A DNA stretch of 64,000 nt from Bugula neritina (Eukaryota > Animalia > Bryozoa), in the NCBI GenBank assembly GCA_964035545.1, contig OZ037768.1, positions 18,645,700 to 18,709,699 of the forward strand, in the 5' to 3' direction. Positions 11,001 to 21,606 of this stretch are shown piece by piece (within the stretch, counting starts at the first letter, position 1; every line of letters starts with the position of its first letter). The notes beneath the pieces are model-generated. The model searched no databases, was not told the DNA's origin, and saw nothing but the letters and a program-made list of their open reading frames with translations. The translations under genes and the position numbers were made by a program.

Positions 11001-13610
11001 CCTGTAGGCTTCTGTTTCCTTCAGTTGTGTCTCGACTTCCGAGCGGGCGGGTCCCCCGTCCCGCTTCTCTATATGGAGGCATTGCTTGCAGTCTCTCTCT
11101 GGACGACGGCTCAGACCATCAGCATTTCCATGCTTCCGGCCGGCGCGATGTTCAATCCGATATGAGAATTCTGCAAGTATTTCGAGCCACCTGGCGACCT
11201 GGCTGGAGGGTTCGGCCCGTTTGCACAGCCATATCAGTGATGCATGGTCAGTTCGTAATCTGAACGTTCTACCATATAGATATGGCCGGAAATGCTTCAC
11301 CGCCTTAACTACTGCTAGGAGTTCCTTCCTGGTCGTGCAGTAGTTTCTTTCGGCGGAGGAGAGGGCCTTGCTGTAGTACGCCACCACTACCTCGGTACCT
11401 CCTTGTACCTGGGACAACACAGCCCCCATACTGTGGTCGCTAGCGTCTGTATCCAAGATATACTGTTTGGTCGGGTCGGGGTAAGCCAGGATGGGTGCCT
11501 CCACTAGCCGGGCCTTGAGATGATCAAAAGCCTGTTGTTCTTCCTGAGTCCAACGCCACCGGACCCCTTTGGCGGTTAGCCGATTTAATGGCTGTGCCAT
11601 ACCTGCGAATTCAGGGATATACTGCCGGTAATATCCCACCAGTCCTAGGAATGCTCTTAGTTCATGGATATCTTGGGGAACAGTCCAGTCTTGTACGGCC
11701 CGTACTTTCTCGGGGTCGGTGGCAACGCCGTCCCGGCTGACCACATGTCCGAGATATTTGACTTCCTGCTGCAGGAGAGCACATTTCGAGGGTTTAAGCT
11801 TTAGCCCGGCGGCCCGGAGACGGTCAAAGACCTCGCGCAGACGACTGACATGAGTCGAAAAGTCTGGCGAGATAACAATGACGTCGTCCAGATAGACTAG
11901 CAGCGTCTTCCAGTGTAACCCACTGAGGACCTGCTCCATGAGCCGCTGAAAGGTGGCCGGGGCGGATGTCAGCCCGAATGGCAACACCTTCCATCTCCAG
12001 AGGCCATCGCGGGTGATGAACGCGGCCTTGTCCTGTGCATCAGGACTGAGGGGTACTTGCCAGTATCCACTCAGTAGGTCCAGCGTGCTGAAGTATCTAC
12101 TTCCCGCGAGGGCATCTAGCGACTCGTCTATCCGGGGGAGGGGGTAGGCATCCTGGATGGTGACGCTGTTCAACTTGCGGTAATCAACGCAGAATCTCCA
12201 GCTCCCATCCTTCTTTTTGACCAGAACGACTGGTGAGCTCCACGCACCGTGGGCTGGCTCAATCAGGTCCCGATCAAGCAAGTCCTGGACTTGCCGGCTA
12301 ACCTCCCTCTCCTTTTCCGGGCCTAGCCGTCGAGTGGGTTGTCGTATGGGGGCAGTCCCTGTTACTAGGGGTATCTCGTGCCGCACTACGTTAGTCAACC
12401 CCATGTCCTCGTCTCCTTGGCTGAATACATCTTGGTACTCTCGAAGTAACTGGGCCATCCGTTGGCGCTCCACGTTACTTCCACAACCACCACAGGCTCC
12501 CTTGTATAATTCCGCCACATGCTCTGGGACTGGTCCCATGCCAGACTCCAGGGGGCGACTCGGTGTCTCCGACGTCGCATCGAGTGTGGGCCCAACATCA
12601 GTCTCCTGAACCGAGTGATACCTGCCCACCAGTGAACCAGCCGATAACTTCACCGGCTCCGCGTAGGGGTTGATGCACTGCACCAGGAACTCTCCACGGC
12701 AGTCTAGCCGATTCAGGCTGTTTGCCAATTGTACCTTTCCGTGCATGCCCTCCACAACCCCTAGCTCAGAGATCTCCTTGCAGTTGACCCTGCACAGGAG
12801 TGTAGCCTGAGAGCGCCCGGGAATTAGGCTGTCCCGGACCACCTGTACGCCTCCTACCAGAGGCCTGCCGAACTTATCCACGCAGGTAAGTTCCTTGCCA
12901 TCCACCACTATTGCTGACTTGTTGAAGTCCATGTGGCATTGGTGCTCCTCAAGGAAGGGCATGCCAAGAATAGCATCCTCCTTCAGGTGACTCACTATGA
13001 AGGTCTCGTGGATTACGAGATCCCGAACTCTTCCGGGTAGTGAGATGAGGCCGTAAAATGGTATGCTCGATCCGTCCGCCAACGTACCGTGCTCACCATT
13101 ATACGGCTTGAGGCTTTCCCGCTCCCGAGCGCCAAGAGTGTCGAAGAGACGCCTACTCAGAAGGTTTGTGGTGCACCCAGTGTCCAACAGGAAGGTGGCA
13201 GCTTTGCCCGCAATCTTGCCGGGCAGGAAATAGCTGCTTCCGTATGGTTGGGTGTGCTTCGAGTAGTCTGTCTCTGGGGGAGGCACTTCCTGGGTCTGGA
13301 CGGTAGGCCTCTTACACGTCCTAGGGACCACGGGGGTTTTCTGAGGTTTGGAGGGCAGTCGGGGGAAATCCCGGTCGGAATCAGTATCCTCCTCCACAAC
13401 CTCCTCGGGTAACCCCGCGAACCGGTTGTTGAGTGGCCAAGCTGGAGGTTCGGGCAGGCCTTTCGGCCTCCAAGTTCTCCGGGGAGCTTGCCATTCGGAT
13501 GAGGGGGGTTTCGTCTGCGCCTCCCTGGGTGCAGAGTAAACCCTCCTCGGGTGAGTCTGGAGACTCGGCCTGCGGGTGGCGGAGATTACCGCAGGCCTTG
13601 GGTGTTTAAC
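8073..13610 (-). CDS. pol: Pol polyprotein (protease, RT, RNase H, integrase) with a long C-terminal C2H2 zinc-finger extension; probably expressed by -1 frameshift from gag
   Basis: 1866-codon open frame: LLDTGC protease, YLDD RT, DTDAS...ELLAVV RNase H, HHCC + DDE integrase, GPY motif, then CPTC..H..H and CPC..H..H fingers. Confidence 0.96.
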   Translation of the reverse strand, partial: VKHPRPAVISATRRPSLQTHPRRVYSAPREAQTKPPSSEWQAPRRTWRPKGLPEPPAWPLNNRFAGLPEEVVEEDTDSDRDFPRLPSKPQKTPVVPRTCKRPTVQTQEVPPPETDYSKHTQPYGSSYFLPGKIAGKAATFLLDTGCTTNLLSRRLFDTLGARERESLKPYNGEHGTLADGSSIPFYGLISLPGRVRDLVIHETFIVSHLKEDAILGMPFLEEHQCHMDFNKSAIVVDGKELTCVDKFGRPLVGGVQVVRDSLIPGRSQATLLCRVNCKEISELGVVEGMHGKVQLANSLNRLDCRGEFLVQCINPYAEPVKLSAGSLVGRYHSVQETDVGPTLDATSETPSRPLESGMGPVPEHVAELYKGACGGCGSNVERQRMAQLLREYQDVFSQGDEDMGLTNVVRHEIPLVTGTAPIRQPTRRLGPEKEREVSRQVQDLLDRDLIEPAHGAWSSPVVLVKKKDGSWRFCVDYRKLNSVTIQDAYPLPRIDESLDALAGSRYFSTLDLLSGYWQVPLSPDAQDKAAFITRDGLWRWKVLPFGLTSAPATFQRLMEQVLSGLHWKTLLVYLDDVIVISPDFSTHVSRLREVFDRLRAAGLKLKPSKCALLQQEVKYLGHVVSRDGVATDPEKVRAVQDWTVPQDIHELRAFLGLVGYYRQYIPEFAGMAQPLNRLTAKGVRWRWTQEEQQAFDHLKARLVEAPILAYPDPTKQYILDTDASDHSMGAVLSQVQGGTEVVVAYYSKALSSAERNYCTTRKELLAVVKAVKHFRPYLYGRTFRLRTDHASLIWLCKRAEPSSQVARWLEILAEFSYRIEHRAGRKHGNADGLSRRPERDCKQCLHIEKRDGGPARSEVETQLKETEAYRWEQGRLQSDVHSDAVQALRVNPTLARNVQDLCRLQETLPGVVGEIFRAKKEGRRPGEEEQRQKGVEFQQFCHRWDSLKFNSDGLLTISLAADRQHQERERVVCPHPLRRELIWETHKQAHAGTSRVIRCLQMRWYWPGMTRDVRLQIRQCEICQASKHGRSTETTGRRRLYAGRPWQTVAVDLVGPMPTSARGNNWILVLTDHFTRWADALAIPDASAPTVARALDQHVFCYFGLPEQIHTDQGAQFQSQLMRDLCRVWGVNQSRTTPYHPQGNGVVERNNRMLGDALRSLLLGKSQEEWDAVLPQIMRAYRSTPHSSTQETPNFLMLGRETRVPDHLTYHVPLPEGPVHEYVRELVDRMRTAHEVLREKQWQVRGEDSDEPPLYQAGDWVWMISYRRKRGQSAKLQPKFVGPYCIIEVLPNHTYRVERSGQIFVQSEKRLKPYWASPGAVGQAPPLLEPARRPTGGGRAPPTREWELPYNIPERNPEAQEPPPTVQEPPEQPAPQAPPPVRPPPAIPERLDPPTLEVGESRATNPGGQATLPDTEGLRRSQRTRRPPGYLGEYYCGQIGKGYLSSEDEGPPLYYNYSPPNHTTREARYRQGITSMFLTQIGQKPDPEVGKTQARDSRDKPRTHTSFIPIAASTHATRNLISRHLTNMDITPTHLNVEEESGAHPDTDKVVEPASTTLTSFGRSSEIATPQEQVMEGDTETPATVVDIGLDEGEEQSILSSSETTDPPQGLGGAGELGLPRVFSTRSHWTSTKTRILIAEACGEPSNTKCPTCGRSFTSHRRLRIHVQQHYVNSFCPCGEFSFQRDYVLKHQRIGRCHTGRIFDVDADNYLEFRDLILPHISDPKKRELLSQGFPACRPTSQTQPPEDPPSCELPPTQPLRVVVTRAEATAEGDRWTPRETARTRRERRRQGAPRPRSTTPYTTRHTHRGPPESLEDVYRGLDRISEELRRIRRRLQDLEQPARP
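13567..13610 (-). promoter_or_regulatory. Putative -1 programmed ribosomal frameshift signal
   Basis: G TTA AAC in the gag frame, 6-nt spacer, perfect 9-bp stem GGCCTGCGG/CCGCAGGCC; pol is in the -1 frame. Confidence 0.8.
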
Positions 13611-14685
13611 GGACCGCTGCGTCCTCGGGGACAGTCTTGTTGCACATGACCTGTTGTCCCACACTTCCAACACGTGAGAGAAGACCCTTCGGGGCGACTA
13701 CTACGTGGCTGATTCGGCCGGTTAGTAGTTTGGGCCCGTCTCAGGGCCTTAACTTCGGCCTGTAGATCTCGCACCACCTCCAGTACCATGGAGACTTCGG
13801 CTGAGGTCGATGGGGTAGGTGCAGTAGCTGCTACCCTAGGCTCTAACTGAGCGTCCTTGTTGGGCTGACTACCGTATGACCGATCCGGTCTGTCAGTAGT
13901 TTGGGCCCGTCGCAATGTTGCGATCTCTTCTTGCAGTTTGTCCACCACCTCCAATACCATGGAGAGTTCGGGTGGGGTTGGGGTGTAGTGGCGGCGGCCG
14001 CTACTTGAGGCCTCGGCCGAATGTCTTCGGCAGCCTCTCCCCAGTCTGACTCGACTCGTCGGGCACTGCTGTCACAGTCCTGACTCCCGCCGATCTGGTA
14101 GTACGCCTTTCCTCTGGTCAGAGCAGCCTCAATGGTCTCGACCCCAGCTGCCAAGAGATACCGTTGCAGGCTCAGGTTATTGAGCGATTGCAGGAAGATA
14201 TCAAAGGTGATGGCCTGGCGTGACTCCAGGTCTACGTTACCGTAGGCTACCTGGACTAGCTGCTCCACTTTGTTGGCGTGATCCTGTAGTGAGACCTTAG
14301 GGTCTCGTCGGAGTCCTTGTAGGCGGGCTCTCGCGTCCCGGACGGTAAGTCCGAAGCGGCCGCGCAGAGCCTCAATGATGTGGTCCCTATTCGGGCCTAC
14401 CGCATAGGGTTTGGCTCGACCTGTCAGGCAGGACCGTAGTTGCAGTAATTCCACCTGGGCCGGCCACTGGGAGGCCACGGCCACCTCGCGGAATTCCTGT
14501 AGAAATTGTTCTACATTTCCTTCACCGTCGAAGACTGGCGCTTTAAGGCGGAACCTGTCACCAGGTGGAGCCTGTACAGCTGCCCTGTCTTCCCAGAGAG
14601 TCCGAATCAATGTCTCTAGGGTGAAGCGTCCTCCTGCTGGTTCATCATCAGGCCCGAGCTCTGGCGCTGGCCTCAATGGATCCAT
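13586..14685 (-). CDS. gag: Gag with CCHC zinc knuckle, split by a 1-nt frameshift near 13980
   Basis: ORF 14685-13843 (capsid-like APVFDGEGNVEQFLQEF...W) and overlapping ORF 13960-13586 carrying CWKCGTTGHVQQDC. Confidence 0.88.
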
Positions 14686-14735
14686 TGTTGTCTCTCCCCG
14701 TAGGGGAGCATCAGCTTAGTCCGTACCAGACGATT

Positions 14736-14753
14736 ATCCCACCGCTGCCACCA
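14736..14753 (-). promoter_or_regulatory. Primer binding site complementary to tRNA-Leu
   Basis: TGGTGGCAGCGGTGGGAT, 1 nt from the 5' LTR; complement of the tRNA-Leu(AAG/TAG) 3' end ATCCCACCGCTGCCA+CCA. Confidence 0.9.
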
Positions 14754-14754
14754 G

Positions 14755-15470
14755 TGTAATAATTTTATGCGTAGAATGTTATGATTCGCTGCATGCAATT
14801 ATTGGTGTGGGTTGTTAGCTGATTGAACACAGTGACTCTTTGTAGGAGGGTATTTATGCACAATAAATAAGAAATGTAATACTCACAATCCCCTTTATTT
14901 ACTCCATAATATATATAAATCCAAAAATAGCAGTTAGGGAGGACAACTCCTTACATGTATGGAAAACTTACTAGTAAATTGGTAAACAAAGTATAAGATA
15001 ATTAACTAAGTGTGTTATTGTCCTGGCTTGGTAGCTCCGAGATGTGTCCTGTTGTGCTGCTGGCTGAAGACTGACTCTACTGTGTTGAGGGCCTCCTTTT
15101 ATACGTTGGGAAACATTTCCACTAGAATGTTCCGAGCGAATTCGAGGGAATTCGCTCGAATCGCAGGGATTCGCAGGGCTAGAATAAAGGAATCGCTCGA
15201 ATCGAGCGAACTTCGCAGGGAAATCCCGGTTATCTTGATTATATAAGTGTTCCTGTGAGCCGTCAGAAACAATAGCTAATCCAGTCACGTCAGTAGTAAT
15301 AAGTAGCTGGGAATAATAGCTAATCCTATCATTGCCAACTAACACTTAGCTGTTACAATACTATAGCTATGTAATGATGTATATCTAGGAAAACACGCAT
15401 TCCATGGGAATGAAGTTAATAAGAATAAGGGAAATACAGCCTTAGTTATACTATACACAATTTTACCACA
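14755..15470 (-). repeat. 5' LTR (716 bp) with TATA box
   Basis: No differences from the 3' LTR seen by eye; minus-strand TATAAAAG at 15096-15103. Confidence 0.97.
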
Positions 15471-17056
15471 ATAGCTTTGACTTCAACTCAGCTTAATAGA
15501 TTAACAGTATGCTGTAGTCAAATTTAAATGAATTATAATCTTTCACTTTATACAGTCACTCTGACTTCCAATTTTAATACCTTGACAATTGACACATAGT
15601 TTCATAATTTAGTTCATTGTATTTTAGATCAGAAAAATATTTAATTTGAACAAATAAACGTGAAGTGAAACTGTTGTTGTTGTTAACAGAAGTGCAAAAA
15701 CATATATTACTGGCCAATAATGAGCCTAGGCCTTCAAGGTTACCTACTAAAGCTTCACTCTATTACTTTTACCCTTAGTTGTGTTTACACTAAAAAGTAT
15801 ACTATGAATTTACTTTAATTTATCATAATCGTAATAATAATTATAGTTAATATTATACTTATAGTCATATTGATAGTAATACTCTGGTAGTCATGGTGTT
15901 GATGAAGCTAAGCAACTACTGCCAGTGGTCATCAAAAACCAAATCCTGGAACTGCAAAACTAATCTAGTACTAGTTGTAGTAACTACACTAAAACAGTGT
16001 GATTATAAATAATAATGATTGGTTTATGCAGTAATAAGTAGAACTTATACTTTTACCCTATGCTATAGTCATAGTGGAGAAAGAAATATAACAATAATAA
16101 CAACTATAAAAATGCAAAAATAACTTGAAAACTTAGTTATAGTATTACTGACAATCATAATTATAATACTGATGTGCTTGTAGCATGCCTATACACTTAT
16201 AGCATACCATGACCATAAAGATGCTAACATTTCCATTTTGATAATATTCACATTCACATTGTGATTGTGACATTCACATTGATGCTTGATTTGAATTTTA
16301 TATAATAAAACAATAAATATAAATTAAAACAACACTTGAACAACTACAAGTATTACATCAGTTACAGTAACAACATTATGACTATAAGTATAAGTATAAC
16401 ATTAACTAAAACTTAAACTAATAAAACATAGGGCATCATAGGCCATAGCCATAATAATAATGAGTGATAACTCATAAGACTAACACTAACAGTAACTGTA
16501 AGTGTAACTTCAGTTACTGCTATTTTTATTTATTAATCTATAAAAGTCATAATATAAATATCTATAAATATATATGTTTATAAAACAATTTATAATATAA
16601 TTTTAGTTGACAGGTTGTCTAATGAAACTGTGAAATAAGAAATCAAATACTTTTCTTGTCACCATCATATCTATGGCCGGGGCTACAATTTAAGTTTCTT
16701 TTTGGTTTTTACCTTCAGCGCTTTCGTTTCAGGTGTAGTCAGTTCAACGCCTTCTTGTAGAGTCGAAGTCAATCGGCTTTATTACGCTTTTATTTATTTA
16801 TAAACGAGCAAAGTTTCGATAAAAGGTTTTAGCGCTTGTACTAAGGGATTTGTCTGCTCTCATTCTAAAAACTCGCACCGTTACCGTCGAGCGCTGTATG
16901 AAGATTTCCGTTTCCTTTAAACCGGTTTGTGAGGTTAGTTCGTTGGCTTTCAGTTTTCCACTGCACTAGTAGTACTACTAGTTAAACATTAAAAGAATAT
17001 ACGCTTTCTTTATTTTTTACTCTCTGCACACCTCGGTTTTGAAGATATATAGCGTA

Positions 17057-20000
17057 ATGGCCAACTACATAACACGGGCCGGTGCATTAGGCCAATATGT
17101 ATGTGCATCAACACAGGCTGTGCCTACCCTTTCGCGATGTCTGGCATCTCCCGTTTTAGCAGCAGAAAAAGCTGTAGTTTTGGTTCCAGGTCGAAAAAGA
17201 AGCACTCCTGAATCTTGGGCAAGAGCAGCACCCAATGGTACAACTTATCTTGCTTCTGGAATAGGAGGTAGATATCAATATAAAACTAAAACAAGTTACA
17301 AGTAGTAGTACAATCTGTACAAATGATGAAATAAGAATGTAAATTAAGTCTATCACAACCAGTCGTTGAACGAGAGTCTCAGTCGTAATAAATATGATAA
17401 AGGAAATCAAGATGTTTAACTATTAATTTTCAGCCATATAATTAACTTAATTGTTCAATCAGTATTTCGTAATTAGATTACCGATTAGTATTAGTAGGAC
17501 CACGGTGATGAAAGGTGACCATCACCATTACTTATTACTATGGAATGCCAAATGGAAAATTATTTATGAATAAAAAGTAATCAAACTGAAGTTGTTATAA
17601 AATTTGATAAACTTAAAGGCAAATCAAACTTTATAATAACTCAAACTAAATATAATTTTATTAAAAATTATAGTATTTTTAATAATATTAATGATGCATA
17701 TAATTATAATTAGAATGTGAGTACTAATATTATACTGTATAGTCACATAGTGTGACTATCACTATGAATATACTTGTAGTTATAGAATTATAAAAAACCT
17801 AATAACGCCATTCTTGTGGTGGCATTTTAGTAGTATAATGGCTAATACAATCAGGGTTGATAATAATGGTACAACTAAGGTAGATGATGCAGTAAGTGTA
17901 ACAGGTAGTTTCTTCTTCAAAAATTGATTTTTGATATGTCCATGATAAAGTAAACAGGGATATGTTGAAGCCATGTAAAATATAGCATATAGGATAAGTT
18001 ACCTCATGCTGCATTAGGCTATGATAAAATAAATGGGGCATGATGCATTGCAAGTCATCTGATAGAATAATTTTTAGTTTGTAGAATTAACAGCAGATAT
18101 GACTCTAGGAGTTAAGGTAAATGGTTCTCTTGCATGCAGCGTAACACATCAAAACAAGTTTATGCTTAATTTTTTAATGCTGGGTTTAATTTACAGGTCT
18201 TAAATTAAGTTTTCAAATAATAACAATACTGCAATAATATCATAGTAAGTGTATTTAGTATTACTAAGTGTTAACACTTATAAATACAGATAAATTGGGG
18301 TGATGATAAGTGGAGTTGAAAAACAAAGCATTATGCTACTAATTAATGGATATGCTATTTGCAGTGCCAAATCACAGCTGCCAGAGGAGATATGTTCACA
18401 CAGATGTCAAGTTTCCTGATTTTGGGGCCTACAAGAAATCAGATAAGACTCGGACTGAAGAAGGTGGCCGAGAAGCAGGGAAAGTGTTCAGTTACCTCAT
18501 GATTGGAGGTGAAGTTTGAATTTGTTTCCTTATTCAAATGAATTGATTGATGTATTTTTATATTCATCAGTTATTAGTATACTATTGTTATCTAACTTGA
18601 AAACTAGGTGTACTCATCAATAATATAACTGAACACAGTAATACAGCAAACTTTGGGAGTATGACAAATATTTATTATAAATTGAATTTGATTTTCAAAA
18701 TTACAAAAAAGTTGCATAGCCATTTTAATAAAATAATTGTCAGTTTATCCACCCTTGTTAAAGTGTTGACACATTTTTTACAAAATTCTGTATTAGTCAT
18801 TTTTTCTTGCAAGTGCTTAGAATAAAAATGCAAATAGCATAATACTTTATGCATATATATGTGCGTGCGTTGCTGGATACATCAACATAAATTCTATATA
18901 TAATAATTTTCTGGTATCCAAAACCTTTTTAAGTTGCCAGCAAAAGCCTAAAATCTACTAAATTTATTTTAATTTAACTAGATGTATGTGCACTAGAAAA
19001 ATCAATTCCAATATAGAAGGGTTCTGTTACTCCATTATATAAGGTTACATAATATCTTTGTTTATAAGAAAGCCTTTAAATTCTATTGAGCACCCACTAG
19101 CTGTAAAATGTCCTAAGTTCTCAGGCCGATGCCGCAATATTCACTTGAAACAGTGAGATGAGCTGGGTGTGTTTATATTGTGGCAATGCATGATGGGACT
19201 TCTCAGACACACTATCATTAGTTTTTGTACATGAAAAGGTAATGTGTTGCATTGTACTACAGGTGCTGTCGGTGCCCCCATGGTGTATGGTGGAAAGTCC
19301 ATGGTAACCAAGTTTATATCAGCTATGTCAGCTGCTGCCGACGTCAGAGCCTTGGCAAAAATAGAAATAAATCTAGACGATATCCCCGAGGGAAAGAATA
19401 TGGTGTTTAAATGGAGAGGCAAGCCTCTGTTTGTTAGGTCTGTATTGGAACTTTGATATTTGTTTGATTTTAATGGAGAAAAAGAATTTTTAATGAAACT
19501 TTTTTGTTTGATATATTGCTGGCTAAATGTTGCACCTAAATTCCAAAGGTAGTGTGACCTAAATGAATGGCTTCTAATGTTTTATTTTAAATTTCTTTTC
19601 CAGGCTAACCCTTTTTGTTGATTTAAGTAGCATTAAGGTATATAAAAAAATTGACTTGCATGACTTGTTTATGATGAAGTATCCCTATAAATATATCAAG
19701 TTGAATAACATTGTTGATAACTTGCTGAAGATGTTTTTACCTCCCTACATTGTATGGTATACTGTAACATTGTTCAGACATTATGTTTGTTGGAATCAGT
19801 AAGTTTTAATTTTTTAAAGCTTAAAAACAGTGGTGAGTGATTAAAGACATTATGTATTGTGTGAGTTCATCAATCATCTCACCATTTGCAAATTAGTCTA
19901 TATCTCTGCTGTTTATTGGTTATTTAGTTGACGTGCTGCTTTGACAAAATTCAACTTAATAAGATATTCATATTTTTTCATAGTAAAACATTGAGTTGTC

Positions 20001-20952
20001 CTCCCATTTGTAATAGCTATTAGCTATACTCTCAATCTAAAACTTGTCACAATTGCAGACATCGCGTACAGGACGAGATCGATGCTGTCAGAGATGTCAA
20101 TGTATCTGAGTTGAGAGATCCTTGTCCTGATGAGGAGCGTGTTCAACAAGATAACTGGCTCGTTATCATTGGTATCTGTACACATCTTGGTAAGTGGCAG
20201 ACGCTAGTAGGTATTCGCTGCATTGATAATAGCTTAATGGTGTAGTTGGTGCTGGCTAGTCAATATTGTGTGTCCACTCGGAGATTTCTAATTGTACTGG
20301 TCAGTTGAGGAACCAATTCTAGAGGGGAAGGGAAAGGTTTTGCTATTGGTATACTAGTATTTATCTTATGATAGGTACAGCACTAAATTTGGTAGGACTA
20401 GTGTTTCCACAGAAAAACTTACATTAGTCATTACAACGGACAAACTAAATCAAAGGTCTTGAGCACTTTTTGTATCTGAAAGTTTAAGACCCACTAAATA
20501 TAACATGTAACATATATAAATGTGTGCACTATGAAAACAATGCCATATTTAATGCATTATGATAGTGTAAATATATTGTTACTTTTTTGGAAGCTTTCAA
20601 GAGTCTATGTTTACAGTGCACTTATTCTATGTTGACCAAAATTGCAAACTAAAAACCTTACAAATGGGGCTTGACTTTTGCACACAATCAGTATTGTTGA
20701 TGCATTTTCTGTTTTTCAATATCTTGCTGGCTATTCAGAATATATGGCAACATGTTAATTCGAAACTAATCTAATTTCTGTCTCACAATAGGCTGTGTAC
20801 CAATTGCAAACGCTGGAGATTACGGAGGCTATTACTGTCCATGCCATGGTTCGCATTATGATGCCTCAGGAAGGATTAGAAAAGGACCTGCACCTTTAAA
20901 TCTGGAAATTCCAGAATACAAAATAAATGACAATTTACTAGTTGTTGGTTAG
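17057..20952 (+). CDS. UQCRFS1: Cytochrome b-c1 complex Rieske iron-sulfur subunit, mitochondrial
   Basis: Exons 17057-17267, 18365-18508, 19263-19437, 20059-20189, 20792-20952, all GT-AG and in phase; motifs [45 protein letters not shown]. Confidence 0.97.
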
Positions 20953-21606
20953 AGTGTCAATATTGAACATTTTTCAACATCATAGTTTGTAATACTAAGT
21001 TGACTGTCACATTTGCTATGTTAAAAACCTGGTGGGTCAAGTTTTAAATGGTTTTCAGTGTACATCTAGGAAATATCTTGTCACCGATGCTATTTCCATG
21101 GGATCCAAAACACACGGAGATTGGGTGGACCAGCCTATTAGTTTATTTTGCTGAAAACATACTTTGAATATATTTTTATTTAAAAGAATTCAAAAACTTG
21201 TGTGTGTTATATGAATTCATACATATATTTAAAAATAAATATGGGTTGATCAACTGTCTGTTAACTCATCGGTCATGACTGCATTTAAATATTTTTGCTA
21301 TTTACCAATTAATCGACAATTCTGATAATTATTACAGGCTTCAACAGCTCCTAGCCATTTAGGATCATCTCAAATATTAATTGTTAGACATAAATAGGTT
21401 TAATATATATAGATCGCATAGCAAAATCAGTTTGTAGCATTGACACATGTATGAATTAAGTTGATATATCGATATAGATTTAAAATTATTATTAAATGAT
21501 TTTGTTACATATAACATTTCACTACTAAAAATAATATTTAAAATTGTCAAAAAATATTAGCAACGTTTATAATGCTATAAAATGATTATTCATGGCGAGT
21601 TTCTGC

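Larger units (their letters stand above)
7139..15470 (-). mobile_element. Full-length Ty3/Gypsy LTR retrotransposon, recent insertion
   Basis: Two 716-bp TG...CA LTRs (7139-7854, 14755-15470), ATAG TSD (7135-7138, 15471-15474), PBS, PPT, gag, and pol in PR-RT-RH-IN order. Confidence 0.98.

Noticed and set aside
9013-13539. Several plus-strand ORFs within pol
   Set aside because: Short antisense shadows expected in GC-rich coding sequence.
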